A stretch of 63,935 nt of DNA, filler included, from Folioceros fuciformis (Eukaryota), in NCBI GenBank assembly GCA_049999805.1. It is 21 parts of 21 records of this genome, joined end to end, with 100 filler letters (N's around TTAATTAATTAA, not from the genome) between each part and the next. Parts side by side here need not be neighbours in the genome. Positions count along the whole stretch, not along the records: positions 37,741 to 38,797 come from JBNGIO010006879.1; positions 38,898 to 42,345 come from JBNGIO010006880.1; positions 42,446 to 45,800 come from JBNGIO010006881.1; positions 45,901 to 49,120 come from JBNGIO010006882.1; positions 49,221 to 50,241 come from JBNGIO010006883.1; positions 50,342 to 51,743 come from JBNGIO010006884.1; positions 51,844 to 54,023 come from JBNGIO010006885.1; 14 more parts are not named here. One strand, given 5' to 3'. Position numbers and translations under genes: made by a program. This document shows positions 38,684-52,561 of this stretch, piece by piece; within the stretch, counting starts at the first letter, position 1, and every line of letters begins with the position of its first letter. Below the pieces are notes generated by a model. That model searched no databases. It was not told the origin of the DNA and saw only the letters and a program-made list of their open reading frames with translations.

Positions 38684-38797
38684 CTTCAGTCCTTCATACC
38701 TTCACTTCTTCACTTCATACCTTCACTTCTTCACTTCAGTCCTTCACTTCTTCACTTCAATCCTTCAGTCCTTCACTTCAGTCCTTCACTTCAATCC
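38684..38797. repeat. CTTCA-based ~21-bp tandem repeat running into contig end
   Basis: cttcacttcttcacttcatac-type units. Confidence 0.85.
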
Positions 38798-38942
38798 NNN
38801 NNNNNNNNNNNNNNNNNNNNNNNNNNNNNNNNNNNNNNNNNTTAATTAATTAANNNNNNNNNNNNNNNNNNNNNNNNNNNNNNNNNNNNNNNNNNNNCCC
38901 ATCTCCGGATGAGATTCCCCGAGTTGCTTGTTGCGAATTTGG

Positions 38943-41508
38943 TTACATATTGTGGCCCCATTGGATGATGATGATGGTGAGTCCCGAGCAGCATACACTC
39001 TGGTCTAGAAGATGGATGATGCGCGGACCTGAACCTGGTGGTGAGCTCAAGTCACACCCTCAACCTGTTGGCTGATCCGGCCCACCCCCAGAGGAAAATT
39101 GCTGCTGAGATGGGGCAGATACACCAAACTGTTGGGATGGAACTGCCACCCCTGCTGCGGCCAGGGCTGGTGTCACTCCTGCAAATGGGCAGCCACACAG
39201 AGAGGACGAGAGTTGCAGCACCCGGGGTCACCACATCGGTCAGGTCACTCACTTGCTCACAAGAGAACTGTGTCCACCCTGCAGCACAGTGGACTGAAAC
39301 CTACCTACTTGACGGCCTTGCAGCTCGCCGAATTCTGCATTTGACATGATGAGGTTGTCATGCTCACCGGTAGAGGGTGACGGCGTCTGGAGAGGCACTG
39401 CCCCTCCTCCATACGGCTGCGCCATGCTGGTGATGGCGCTCACTCCTGGGGTCCCATACTGCATCAGGTGGGGAGCCCCGTAACCCTGCGGAGACGGGTA
39501 TGCAGGCCCGGCCTGTATGGGTTGCGTGAATCCGGAGTAGGGATACATTCCTGTGCTGCCCAACGTCCCGGGCCCACCGTATATTTGCTGAGGAAACTGT
39601 GGCACGTCGCAACGGTTATACACTGCTAGCACTCTGCACAGCAGCAAGAACTGGACACATACAAGCAGCCTCCTTCCCCTCCCATCTTCGCCTAAAGGGA
39701 TGCAAGCTTTTGTGAGACGAGTAGAGGCAGAGTGGATGAGGGTACCTGAGGATAGCTGTAGTCTGGTGGGTATTGCGGGTAACTGCACGAAAAAGGATCA
39801 GCATTCAGAGCATCGCGCACACACAAAGCAGTTGCACAAGCCTGCACTACTACACTTGACACAGCGGCAGCAAACCAGGGCTTACCCGTATTGGGGGTAC
39901 GTGAAACCTTGCTGTGGGTAGGTAAAAGGACCGGGCTGAGCGAATGGCGCTGATGGAGTATAGCCAGGCCCTCCTGCTTGAGGCCCTGAACAGAAAACAC
40001 CAGTTGAGGGCACTCCGTCAGGTTAGACAATCCATGACAAACACTTGACAACAGGAGCCTTGCAATCCGAAACCGGAAACTGGTTGCGTGCCGCCTTGAG
40101 TGGGAGCATCGCCAAACCTATGTACGTATGTATGTATGTATGTATGTAAAGCATCTAGATGATTTGAGAGTAGTGCGGATTCCCACTAGAGCCACCTGCT
40201 GTGATCACCCCATTCTACCTAAAGAGAAGATGCATCAAGTATGAATCCAACACCATAGCTACCTACACTAGAGAAATCGGAAAATTTGAAATCCGAAATC
40301 GGCAGACGATGAGAGGGGGAACAAGAGACTGCGGTGCATCTATCAGGGCTTGGAGAGACCTGCACCATGTGGCGATCAGCGAGGTCACAGAGGGTGAGGA
40401 TGTTCAGTGGCAGGTCATTCCACCGCCAAACTTGGCCACTCGAAGCCCAAGATGTGTGTGTCCTCTCGTCTGTGTGGAGACATGCCATACTGAGTTCTAA
40501 CTTCCAGGCAGTAGCGAAAGTGAGCTCACAACACAGTCTGTCTAAGGAAAGGGAAGAAACGGAATAGTCGAATCCTCCCACAGGAGATGGGAGGAAAAGG
40601 GGAAAAGAAAAAAAAAAGGGCTGCCAGCGTTCCTGCCTGTCCCAGCCCGGCCCAGCCCAGCCCTGCCCTGCTCTGCCCTGCCCTGCCCTGCCCTGCCCTG
40701 CCCTGCCTTGCCCCCCACACATCCTGTAATCACTTGAGAAACGGAAACAAACATTCCAGTGCACACCAGATCTGAGCGGATATCCTGCGTCTGTTACAGC
40801 AGGCCGGCCCACGTTGCAAACTTGTGAAATGTGCGTGCCCACACCAAGTGCAAACACCAATCCACCACCTATCTGGGGCAGTGGCAGGGGCAGGAGCAGG
40901 AGTAGGAGCAGCAATTGCAGAGGGATGTAGATGAGGGCGAAAGTGTTGTGTCGCAGATGACATGTATCGTAGAGTGGTTGGTAGTAGCGGTGGGGATGAG
41001 ACGAAGGTGAGAGGATCTGAAACGTTGCGGGCACAGCAGAGGTGGGTGACACAACATACCGTGAGGTCCCGTGTGGGCGGGACGATTGCGATGCGCGCCA
41101 AGCGAGGCGAGATTGCAATTGGCCCTGCGACCATCGATGATGGGCGTGGCATCAGCACAGGCTCTCCTGGCAGCATCGGCGTCGCGGAAGGTGACCTGCG
41201 GAGTGGAGAACAAGGAGTGAGGAAGGCGGTTGCAAAGCAAGCTCGGATCCGAAGATGTAGGTTGGAAGGAAGAGAAACAGAAGCGGGGCGCTCACAAAGC
41301 CATATCCTTTGGAGCGGCCGGTGTTCTTGTCAGTGATGACCACAGCCTCGAGAATGTCCCCGAACTGCTCGAAGTGGCGGCGCATGGTGTCCCGCTGTGT
41401 CTCCCATGCGAGCCCGCCCACGAACACCTTGGTGTAGGTGGTGTCGCCAAACTGGTTGGCCCCGCTGCCCACCCCTCCCCCTGCCCCCGATCCTGACGTC
41501 TGTGCCAT
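38943..41508 (-). CDS. RRM protein of the RBM24/38 (ARP1-like) family, multi-exon; 3' end uncertain
   Basis: [66 protein letters not shown], then Y/P/Q-rich exons. Confidence 0.92.
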
Positions 41509-42539
41509 AGTCCGGAGTCGGATGCGGTCCCGGGTGGGAGCAGTCCCCTTTGCCACGGCCACCACGAATGCGGTGAGCGAGGCGAGCGGCGGCAGCACGA
41601 GAGTGAGGTCCAGCAGCAGCAAAAAGGTCAGCGGCGCAGGAAGTGCGACAGGAGAGGGCCTGCGATCCTGAAGCTGGCGACAATCTGCAAATCAGCAGCT
41701 GGTGCGGCCCATGGCCAGTGCTTTGCATTCCGTTCCGGCGTGGCAGCAGGAGGCGGAATAAATTGTTGGTGCAGCAGAGATAGCCGGCGTCATCCGCTTG
41801 GTTGCGCGGCTAGCAGGAGCCCGATTGGAAGGCGGAGCTTGGCACAGTAGCCCGGGGCCCGTCCCGCCCCATGCACAACAGAGCACACCAGTCCGATGGT
41901 GCAATCCAAACAAGAGTGAATGGGATCACGTGATTTTGATCCTGCTCCAGCTCCCGCTCCGGCTCCAACTCCGGCTCCGGCTCCAGCTCCAGGACCTGGT
42001 GGTGTTTGTGCTAACGTTCCTGCACCTGCCTAGACCTCGTCCGTGCGTGGCACGCGCGCTGGGCATCACAGCATGGACAGCAGGGGTGAGAATGTTAGAT
42101 CCAGCATTCCCAGGCCCAAGAGAGTCTGAGGGAGCTGGCTGGTTTCGAAGCTGGCAAGCAACGCAGGCAAGGCAAGGCTGGAATAGAGGTGCTACCTAGG
42201 AGAAAGCAAGGTGCGGGAGCGAGGCCCGGGATGCGGTGGGTCGGGCTCGGGTGCTTGGGACCGGGCGTGGGAGTGGTACTGGCACTGGCACTGGCACTGG
42301 CACTGGCAAGCCTCTCCGACGAGCAGAGACAAGTAGCTCCAGGCANNNNNNNNNNNNNNNNNNNNNNNNNNNNNNNNNNNNNNNNNNNNTTAATTAATTA
42401 ANNNNNNNNNNNNNNNNNNNNNNNNNNNNNNNNNNNNNNNNNNNNGTATGGGAAATCCAAGGGGAAAACGTAGGGGGGAGCAGCTCAGATGTCACGAAAA
42501 TGGATGTCAAGGGGGAGTAGGGGGCCGGTGATGTGCACA

Positions 42540-44830
42540 AGGAAAGGAGGAAGGGAGCATTGGGCTGCTTATGTTGCTAGCTGAATTGGATGAGAGGGCA
42601 TTGCAATGGAGGCTGACGAAAGGGATGCTGAAAGACCGGGCAAGAGAGTTTGGTTGCACACCCAAAACACTGTGCCAATGGCTCAGAATGTGTCCAAAGT
42701 GGATAAGTACATATGCAAGGCAACTGCTAACGGTGGAGACAATTGCATCGCTTATCTTGGACAATGTGGCCATCACGAGGCATTGAGTGATCTAAGCGGT
42801 AGTGAAAGCAGCGTTAGAGAATGCCAGGTGCAACTTGCCAAGACGGAAAATAACTGTTGTTCTGCGAGCCTTCAAGCTAGAGGCGATGGCGATTCGAGCG
42901 AGTGCGCATAAGGTAGGTGCAATACACAAACTATACACCAATGTACATGTGGCATATGGATTGTACATGTGAGCAAGAATCTTGGTTGAGAGAGGGGCTA
43001 CGGTTTTGCATGTAGGTGCCTTATGATAGTGGCTACAGCCTACAAGAAGATGTATATGTACTACACAAGGGTGCACACAACAATCAATGGTGCCACCCAC
43101 GATGTTACGTCGGCAGTGTTGGCAGACACCAAGAGAGCAGAAACCGTCTACGATGCATATCGAGAAGTTTGGGCACCCACAACGAATCCGATTTGACTTT
43201 GCCGTAGAGCACAACATGGTGGAGGCAGACTTCGTGCGTGCGAGACCTAAGGAGAACAACAACTTCTTCATAAGACGACAGTCCGTGCACAATCAAGTGA
43301 GGCGGGAAGGGCTAACGATAAGGGAAGAAGAATGTTGCAATCGTCCTCATGTCGTGAAATTGTCAGTGTGCGTCATGTTCCTATAACAGGTGCATTGATC
43401 AGCAGCTCACACACCTCCTATCTGCCTACACACCTAGACTGAGCATTCAGCTCATCTTCCTAGCATCCTCACATGTTGCCCACTGGCTAGCAGTGTCCTC
43501 ATAGCATCCTCACAAAAGCAGTGACAGAGGAGAAAAATGGATTTATCCTAATTGCTGTCAGGACGTGCTAAGTTGTGCTAGCTATTAGCTTAATAGTTCG
43601 TTAAGCTAGGTTGGTTGTTAGCTTAGTAGTTCTTATTTTAGAAGTTCATTAAGCTATGAGAGCAGGGTCAGCTGATAGGCATGCTTAAGCCAATACATAC
43701 TGTACAAGCAAGCAACTGCAAGGTGGCCTTCACGCTTGAGCAGCGAGGTGGAGGAGTGGTCGGACCAACCTGAACACTGGAAGACACATTGGAGCGTGGA
43801 CGAGCCACTCAAGAGGAGTGAGTGCAACGCTGGTGTGAAGCGCGTGGATGGAGGGGAGAACATCATCAAGGCGAGTGATGACAAAGCAGCTAAGTGTAGA
43901 GCCGTCAAGGAGAAACCTTAGTTGTGAGAAGTCTTTTCCTGTTGAGCAAACTGACAAGCTAGTGTCGTAGGGGTTCTCCTGACGGGGCTGATGGTATCAG
44001 CTATAGCATGCTATGTCATGACCCCTTGTGTTCTTAGGAGCTGAATAATTAATGTTAGCACAAACCGAGTTTCTGGAAGTTCTGTGTCGGGGTCACGCTC
44101 TGAGAATCAGCACACGAATGTACTTGAGTATGCTGGAGGGGTTGCTTGTCAGGATGATCAAAAGGGAGATGACTTACTTCAACTCATGTTTTTGTGCTAC
44201 CCAATTGCTAAGTGTGCGTATCGAGTAGTCTGGGGATTGGCCATTGGTGTTCGTTGTGACTACTGTGTTGGACGCTGAGGCCAGAATGCAGGGTGACTCA
44301 CATGACATGTGTGTTGTGTGCCATCTGCGGGACCCTTCCAACTTCTTCATTAGAGGACAGTCCATGCACAATCAAGTGAGGTGGGAAGGGCTAACGACTT
44401 GGGAAGAAGGATGTTGCAATCGTGCTCACAGTTATGGTATGGGTATGTAGGCAGTGTGCCTTTAAGTCAAAAACCGTGCAGTCCTATCACAACCTCCTTG
44501 GGTTGGGCGGGTAACCTTGTGTGGTAGAGAACAGAGCATTTCTAGTGCTCGCTCAAGGAGAAGTGGGGGTTCTTGTACAAGGAGTACCTGCTGGATTTGC
44601 AAGTGACCAAGGAGCTGGACACGACGAACCTATGGCATGTGCACTGGCTGCACACAGCCTTCATGCTGACGATGAAGAAGGAGCTTGCGACATTCATCCT
44701 CATGTGGAATCTGCACAAGGTAAGGAAAATGGTCTTTACAGACATAGACATACCTAGTCACGTTCCTGTGGTGACATTCCACGAGGTAGAGTGGCTATCA
44801 AGGGTGTGAGGCTACCTACCTATGGGGTGG
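42540..44830 (+). mobile_element. Degenerate DDE integrase-core transposase relic (IS3EU/IS481-like), two partial core copies
   Basis: HTH-like (REFGCTPKTLCQWL); VHTTINGATH...DTKRAETVY; IEKFGHPQRIRFDFAVEH...FIRRQSVHNQ; second FIRGQSMHNQ; LD..NLWHVHWLH..F...ELATFILMWNLHKVR. Frameshifts and stops present. Confidence 0.7.
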
Positions 44831-45655
44831 ATGAGGAGGACGATGATGATGAGTATATGATATCGGGGCTAAAGTTTGCCCCGCAACAATGCCTCGGAGG
44901 AGCCACACGTATGCACCATCACGATGTTGACCGGGGTGAGGCAATCGTAGTGTGTGAGGGTGAGGTAGAGGCATCTTGAGACCCTCATGGCTAACATGGT
45001 GGGTGTGTGGCCATGCCCAATCTGGAAGTGTTTGGGATGCGCAGGACATCTCTTTCGATGTCCTGAGGTTTCCTTTATTGTTAGTGTGAAAAAACATATT
45101 TAGACGTTGATGGATGTTGTATGCCTAGCTGAGATCTTGGATGCCGTAAAAGGGATGGATGATGTACTAACTTGGCTGAGATAAAAGGCCGTGGTGCTCC
45201 TACATCGTTCTAATTGTTAAGCCAAGAACATAGCTCAACAATCAGAATGATATAGGAGCAGGTTGTGGCTAGCTGGTTGTGCCTATGATAGTAGGGTTGA
45301 GGGTGAGGGAGATGTCACAAAGGCAGGCGCAATGGCCTCGAGGGAATGAGTAGCTTGTTGCCCCGTTGTTTGCGGGGGTGATGGAGTAAGAGGTTGTAAG
45401 AGACCGAGTCGGAGAAAATGGAGCTCGAAACGGGCTGGATAGCAGGTGGCTTGAGAGTAAAAAGCCCAAACCCCATAGGTCGCTCTAAACAGTGGAAAGC
45501 GAGGCGTGGAAAAAGGTTTGCTTGCAAGGTGGTGGCATGTTTTCCGTCGATGCATGCAAATAGCAATCAAGTAGCCTACAAACACCTATTTTTAAGGCAT
45601 GTGCATAAATGACCAGTTTGGTCTTGACCCAAAAAATCACATATGCACCAGAGGG

Positions 45656-45800
45656 ACACATGTAGCCTCGGTTTGTTAAAATATTTAGAGAGAGGAAACA
45701 CATCATGTAGCCTCGGTTTGTAAAAAAAATTAGAGAGAGAAAACACATCATGTAGCCTCGGTTTGTAAAAAAATTTAGAGAGAGGAAACACATCATGTAG
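45656..45800. repeat. 45-bp tandem repeat, 3+ copies, running into contig end
   Basis: acacatcatgtagcctcggtttgtaaaaaaatttagagagaggaa units. Confidence 0.92.
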
Positions 45801-48687
45801 NNNNNNNNNNNNNNNNNNNNNNNNNNNNNNNNNNNNNNNNNNNNTTAATTAATTAANNNNNNNNNNNNNNNNNNNNNNNNNNNNNNNNNNNNNNNNNNNN
45901 AAACACTCCAACGCACACCTCCGTAGGGAGTTCCTAAACATTTTATCGTTTACACATCTCCATGCCATCCATGCACTGGACATGTTGGATGCAAGTTACC
46001 TCTTCTGCAAAATTAAGGCTAGCACCCGACTCCAATAGCTCCTGCAGTTTTGCAAGTGGATTTGTTCCTGCATCCGCGTTGCCTTCATCTGCCATGGGGG
46101 TCCTATCTTGCAAGCTCCCTAAAATCTCAAAGAAGAGTGCAGAGTCCGCTGCGGAATAGCCGCTCCCATGGCTTGTCCCAACCTTGCCTTTGCCCCTCGC
46201 TGCAGCTGGAATCGTGCTCCGCAACTCCTCGACGGCTAAGAACATTGCCTGCCAAGTTGCAAGAAGTGCCTTCTCACGTTCCCTCTGTGGCACGCTTCTG
46301 CATAATCCGATAGACCCTGGTTCGCGGCGTGCCGATGGTGGAGGCAGTCCATCATCATGATCGCCTTCCATTGTGGCCACACCAGGCCCTGGGTGCGCAG
46401 CAACCCCACGTGTCGAAGTCGAGGTGTGCAGTGTGGGACTTGGTCACCGGTCAATCTGGGTGTCCCCTAAGGACTGTGGAATGTCATCGCCAAGATGTGG
46501 CGATGATGGGCAATCGTCTGCAGCAGCAAATATGTGCTCCAAACTCCGCTGATCCGAACAATCAGATGACCCACTATAGTGGGGCTCGCCACCAGCCAGC
46601 ATGTGAACGCATAGGAGCCCAAAACCCGGGGACCCTTATTGAGTGGCCACACCCACTGTCGTTGTAGGATTCCCTGGTCTGTCTTCGTGAGCAATGTACT
46701 ACTTCTGGTGGCAAAAACTAATAGCACCACTAGTGAGATATCTGGTGTGAAGGGCAAGAGTGATAATTTGCTCAAGATGAAGGGTTAAAGCCTTCAAAAA
46801 TCAGCATACAAGGAGCTTCGCAGCCAAGTCTAGAAACGCCACCCTAGGCTCCTTCAAAACACTAGAAATCCATACTAAGATGAGCATCCTCAGGCCATCT
46901 TGTACTCCTCGCCTCCTATCTATTTTTAGTACGGGCCTTAGGCACCAATAACGTGATTTAAGCAATCCAAAAAGCAAATCTAGCAAGTATCCCGTCTAAG
47001 GAGGCAATAAGCTATTCTTAGTCTTCAACAATAATTTAGCTCTCTAGCCTAGCCTATTTCTTCCTCTAGTCGTCGCACAATGAGCTCGTCCTCTCGTTGC
47101 TGCTCTCCACCTAATCTCCTTGCTGCTGCCTCTTGGAATCCTACAAGGGTGAAGTAATAATGACTTTAACAAAAGGGCGATTCACTGCCTTGGATACCAC
47201 TATAGGAGGTTGAGCTGAGGCTGGATCACTCTGCAAAGGAAGATTCTCTGCTCCTTGAGACTCTGAGACAGTCGGCAGCACCAACTAGTTGTCTTTCTTT
47301 AGGTCCTGGTCTTCTCCTCCCAAACGCGTAGGGTCCCCATCAGCACATGTAGGCTCACTCTCTATTTGCACAATTCTGTTCTCTTTTTCCATTTGGCTTG
47401 CCCTCATGAGCTGTGGAATGAAGATGGGGATTTTCTTCCCTGGTAGACTATGCCTTCGCCTTTTAGGTGTGAATGCTGCTAGTTGTATGGAGGGAACGTT
47501 GAAGGGGTGGACATGTGAGGAGAATGTGCTGTAGGAGAGATCCGCTTGGAGTCACTTGTGTGGCAATCTACGGGAATGAACAAAGGGGCATTCCCTTAAA
47601 GCTAAACCCCTCAAACCCTCAGTGGGGTGTGTTGTGGAGATGAACAAAACATCCCCTTTAGCTGTGCACATAGCAATATTTATGGCTGGGGGTGTGGAGA
47701 TATAAGAAAGTGAGCAGTGAGGGACATCTCCACGTGGTCTTTTTCGGTACTGAACACGTCTACGTTTGCTGGGAGCAGTAAACCCTAACAAAACAATATA
47801 CAGAGGGGCAAAACATTCAATGACACACCCCTTGACCGTATCGGTATTCCTTATACAAGTCCAAAGCTTTGACATGACTCCTATTCATTCATGCCGTCTC
47901 ATCACGTTGCCTGCTGGTCTTGATTCTGTTGGTGAATGCATATTGCATCCGCATCATGTTCGTGTTTTACAATCTTGTGAAGCACGAAAAAGGTGGGTGG
48001 AATGCTATGCGTTATTCCTAGGACGGAGCATGAGTGGCGACGCTGCATTACCCCATACATGTGTGAAGAATCTCTCGCATCCAAAGTGAGACATATTCTA
48101 ACTAATCCGCACAGGGCCGTTATAACAAAACTGGCCTGCCTTTGTGCAACAGGCTGTAAGGCAACCGTATCTGAAAGAAGATTCCAGAGTTGATCACCCC
48201 GAAGATTTCGGTCTAAGGCATCTAAGGGGATGCTGAAAGTCGCGAATTCCACTCGTTTCCCGGTCATTCAGGGGTTGGGTCCAGGAAAGCTGGAAATGGC
48301 GAGATTGAAATAGTTTTCCAGTCATTCTGTCTTGCGCGCACGCAAACGACTTGACCCGTACGTCGGCGCCTTAGGCTCGTGCTTCACTCGGTGCCAGTCC
48401 CCACGATATTTGTGGCTCTCATAGTTCAGGCCAGGCTTCTTATATGCGGGCATGCGTGCACAGCAGTCTGCTGTGTGACTTGGTGGATCACTCTCCATCT
48501 GCCAAGCTACTTTGCAGTCACTGGAACCTTTGTGAACTGCCCCTTTCTGACAAGTGAACGGGATTAGCCCGTTGTAGACAAGGGATAAGTCTTTTCTGGT
48601 TCCTGAGGGATTTGGGTGCAGGACAGATTGCCGAAAGCTGTCTGTACTGTGTTGAGAATCTGTGTCCAGCGGACAGGATATTGTGTC

Positions 48688-49120
48688 ATGGCCCGATCAC
48701 GCCAAATTCTGGTTGTTTTCTTGGCAATGTATGCAGTCTCCCTCAACGTGATGATCGCAACAGCATACGATCGTTGGAATTCGGGATTGCAGGAAAGTTT
48801 CTACAAGCACAGCTGCCCACAAGCAGAATCCATAGTGTACGATGCTGTGAAAAGCTCAGTCGACGAGAACCCAAAGATAGTGGGCGCCCTTCTCCGGATG
48901 ATGTTTCATGACTGCTTTATCAGGGTACAGCCAAACATAGATTGTTCGAGATCCAATTAAGCATTTCAGCGTACCAGATGGTGTCTTCATCGCTGATGCG
49001 CTGGGAGTTGGTGTTGCAGGGTTGTGATGCCTCTGTGTTGATCGACTCCACAGACACGAACCAGGCGGAGAAAGACGGAGGTCCAAACAAAGGCAGCCTC
49101 CGGGGCTTCCAGATCCTGGA
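48688..49120 (+). CDS. Class III secretory peroxidase, exons 1-2, 3'-partial
   Basis: Signal peptide, FY..SCPQAESIV, LLRMMFHDCFIR|GCDASVLID, SLRGF. Confidence 0.96.
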
Positions 49121-49479
49121 NNNNNNNNNNNNNNNNNNNNNNNNNNNNNNNNNNNNNNNNNNNNTTAATTAATTAANNNNNNNNNNNNNNNNNNNNNNNN
49201 NNNNNNNNNNNNNNNNNNNNAGTGGGAGTAGGAAAAATGCATATATATAGGTAGCATTTAAGTAGCCAGCCTTAATTAATTAATTAATTAATTAATCATG
49301 CATTAGGGTGAAACGTCGGGATATGAAACGCTCCGGCGTTTCATAGGAGTCACGACTTGATAGAGGGTCGTCACCTAACTAACCGTCACCACTGTTCACG
49401 ACACCGTGAACCGGCGCACACGTCTTGGCTTAAGGTCGATCCCGGCCACAAACAATCTAAATCAATTCTTTTCTGCAAT

Positions 49480-49660
49480 CGTGCAATCTACCGATCCTAG
49501 TCTGTGATTTTCCAAAACTATGTAGGCATCGCCACAGGAAGTGCCACTCAACTAAGTCATAGGCCTTGTAGAAGTCAAGGGAATCCCACAAATGTTTTCA
49601 CGGCATTCAACAAAGTTAAAGTCGCCAGCCAACAACCACGGAATCATGCAAGATGCTCTT
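49480..49660 (-). mobile_element. LINE (APE endonuclease) fragment
   Basis: IPWLLAGDFNFVE motif on the minus strand, flanks degenerate. Confidence 0.55.
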
Positions 49661-50067
49661 CTTAACTTTGCCAATTGCACTTGGCTACTCTAGATCTTTC
49701 CTTTCCTTTTGTTTCCTTTTTAACATTTGAATGATAATATTTCCTGGACATAATTTCCGTGATAGTATGCGCATTGAGAATAAGATTTATATGCGCCAGG
49801 CATACTCGGAATTGGGCATATGCCCTTGGCTACTATGGACCTTTCCTTTCCTTTCGTTTCCTTTTTAACATTTGAATGATAATATTGCCTAGACATAATT
49901 TCCTTGATGTATGCAAATTGAGGACAAGAATTATATATGCATGGCATACTTGGAATTGGACATATGCCCTTTGTCCTTGGTGGTGTTCTTCTTTCGTCAA
50001 CACGTATTCATTGCTTTGCAGAGAGCATTGGCTACCGCGGCCGGTTTAGAGTGTTGGATAACATGGT

Positions 50068-50241
50068 TTTTTAAGAACAACAACACGCACTTGTGAAGTA
50101 GGCTCTTCAGCACTTTTAAAACAAGAACACGCACATGTGAAGCAGGTTTTTCAGCACTTTTAAAACAACAACACGAACATGTGAAGTAGGTTTTTCAGCA
50201 CTTTTAAAACAACAACACGCACATGTGAAGCAAGTTCTTCG
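50068..50241. repeat. ~44-bp tandem repeat, about 4 copies; an older ~145-bp direct duplication lies at ~49690-49970
   Basis: ttttaaaacaacaacacgcacatgtgaagtaggtttttcagcac units. Confidence 0.9.
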
Positions 50242-51843
50242 NNNNNNNNNNNNNNNNNNNNNNNNNNNNNNNNNNNNNNNNNNNNTTAATTAATTAANNN
50301 NNNNNNNNNNNNNNNNNNNNNNNNNNNNNNNNNNNNNNNNNTCACAATGCATCCAATGACAGCACTCCATATCGCTAACCAAGACACCAACACGTCCGAA
50401 GACAAAGAGAAAGATCCCACACCTCTCAGCCCACGACACCTTCCACTGCGCGCCACCACAAGCCCAGGAGACCAATGCGGAACCCGCCACAACCCGCCAC
50501 GATAGCGCAATCCCGCATCTCAATCCCCCAGCTCACCGCCTCCCTTCTCCTCCCTCCAGCGCCGCAATCCACCGGTTCTTGCTGCTCCGCCGCAAATCGC
50601 CCCCAAAGTCGCCTACTTCTTGGCAAAGCAGCCAGACTCGTTTCACGCCCACACGACAGATGGATTCGTGGGACACAGGGGCAGCTCCCGACTCCGCTCT
50701 GCAACTCCAAGCGGCAGTATACGTTGCAACGGCTACGAGGGAGGAGGGAGAGGCAGAATTCGAACCCGACAACACATGGAGACAGCGCCGAGGCAAAGTG
50801 GGGCAGAGAACGAGCAGCAATAAGACAACAGGATCACCGAGCAGGAAGCCACAGCAACAGCGACAGCAACAGCAGGCAGCTCCACCTGCACAGCTGCAGG
50901 AGAAAGAGACACGGGAGGAATGGGTGAAGGAAGGGAAGAACGGGGCCTGGGACCAGGCGCGCCAGACCCCGTTGGGTAGATACAGCAAACGGAACAGACG
51001 TATCGTCACTCGCATCCCGGTTTAGTTTGTTTTGCTTTTTATAATCATTATTCAAACGCTGCAAACTCTGAAACCCTCTCCCGGCGGATGAATCGCTTTT
51101 CGAAATTCCAAAATCCATGCAAATATGCTTCGCTTACGCCATGCCCGCCTCACAACGACGCGGCAGCGGATATCGTTACGACGTGTCCGTTACGCGGCGA
51201 ATGCCTCCAACCGGGCGAAATACGCGAAACAGGCGAAACCCACCCGCAAACCGGCACTTGCCTTCAATGCCGTCTCCAATAATAAGATGTATCAATGAGG
51301 CTCAGCTCGGGTCCGGCCCCAGGCTCGGCGACAGCGGGGGGTGAAAAGCGGTGGTTCGGTAGGTGGAAAACGCGACGGAACGGGCAGCCTGCTCCCCCGC
51401 AGGTTTTACACTCTGCCCGCCGGGCCACCAGCCGCATCGATTATATGTTTAAAAGCGGAATGGCGGCAAGCACCTGATGACGACCGTCAGAGCGTCGTCC
51501 TGGACTGCCACCGGTCGGCGACCACCCGCGCCCCGCGGACCGTCCTTGCGACCGCAACCGGGGACGGGCTGCGGCCGGTGCGAGGCCGTGGACACGGGTG
51601 TGATTAACCGGGTCGGTAACCCTGCCTGTCGTTAACTGGGCTTGAATGCGGATGGCTGGCTGGCAGAATCCCGGGCGGAGTGCGTCGCCTGGGATTATGG
51701 AAGATTTGGGAGTAAATGCAACGAAGGGTGATGATTGCGGGGANNNNNNNNNNNNNNNNNNNNNNNNNNNNNNNNNNNNNNNNNNNNTTAATTAATTAAN
51801 NNNNNNNNNNNNNNNNNNNNNNNNNNNNNNNNNNNNNNNNNNN

Positions 51844-52561
51844 AACCTCCCCACACCATACTACCTGACAAGAAGAATCCAAGAGAGGCCGCAGACAAAC
51901 ACAAAACCCATGGCCTTAAACCCCGTTTGCTTGCCAGCAGGAATCCGAATGTGGCCAGTAGTACGGATGGTGCAGGCCTTCGACCCTCATTCTCAAACCC
52001 GTTCTCCCCATTGTCCCCATCACCGCCACCGCCACCGCCCCTACCACTACCATGATCCCCACCACCGATACCTCCATCAGCTACGATAAAAGTGGTCAAG
52101 CACAGAGCCGGATTGCGTTCCTTGGCGAAGCCAGCACTCCTACCCAGCTGGCTGACCTTTTTGTCCATGGAATGAAGGATTGCAGCTGCCAAGTTGGGAT
52201 CCCGCGGGCTAGACCCTGGCCGCTGTCCTAGAGCAAGGACGGCATCCATCCTCTGAACAGTATCAGGAAGCTGTTCAAATCCACGCCCTACGCCGCCCAG
52301 CGCCTCCAATCCGTCCCATGTCTGTGGACACGATTTCCGCAACAAAACATTGCATCGGCCGATTCTACCTCCATGCCTTGCACTCCTGATGGTTACCCGG
52401 CGTCCACACCAATTTGCAGTAGTACCTCTTGCATTACACCTGTCACCTGCTCTGTTCAGCCAGTACGACGTGCTGGGCACCTCATTCCGAGCAGACAAAG
52501 AGGGCAAGGTTCTCGCCAGCACCCAATCCCCCATCGCCGCGGCACCGCTGAGGTATTGCAC
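51844..52561 (-). CDS. N-terminal part of a probable plastid-targeted membrane protein (transit-like region, poly-Gly stretch, hydrophobic segments), 3'-partial
   Basis: Open frame of ~240 aa with GGIGGGDHGSGRGGGGGGDGDNG followed by hydrophobic helices; family not recognised. Confidence 0.55.

Noticed and set aside
45901-48300. Short ORFs upstream of the peroxidase
   Set aside because: Probably decayed TE sequence, but no diagnostic motif could be identified.
49272-49296. (TTAA)6 run resembling the linker
   Set aside because: Not N-flanked; most simply a native AT microsatellite.
50342-51743. Possible LINE 3' end and a hAT-like terminus (…GGTAACCCTG near 51624)
   Set aside because: No partner TIR or TSD within the contig, and no clear RT or zinc-finger motif.
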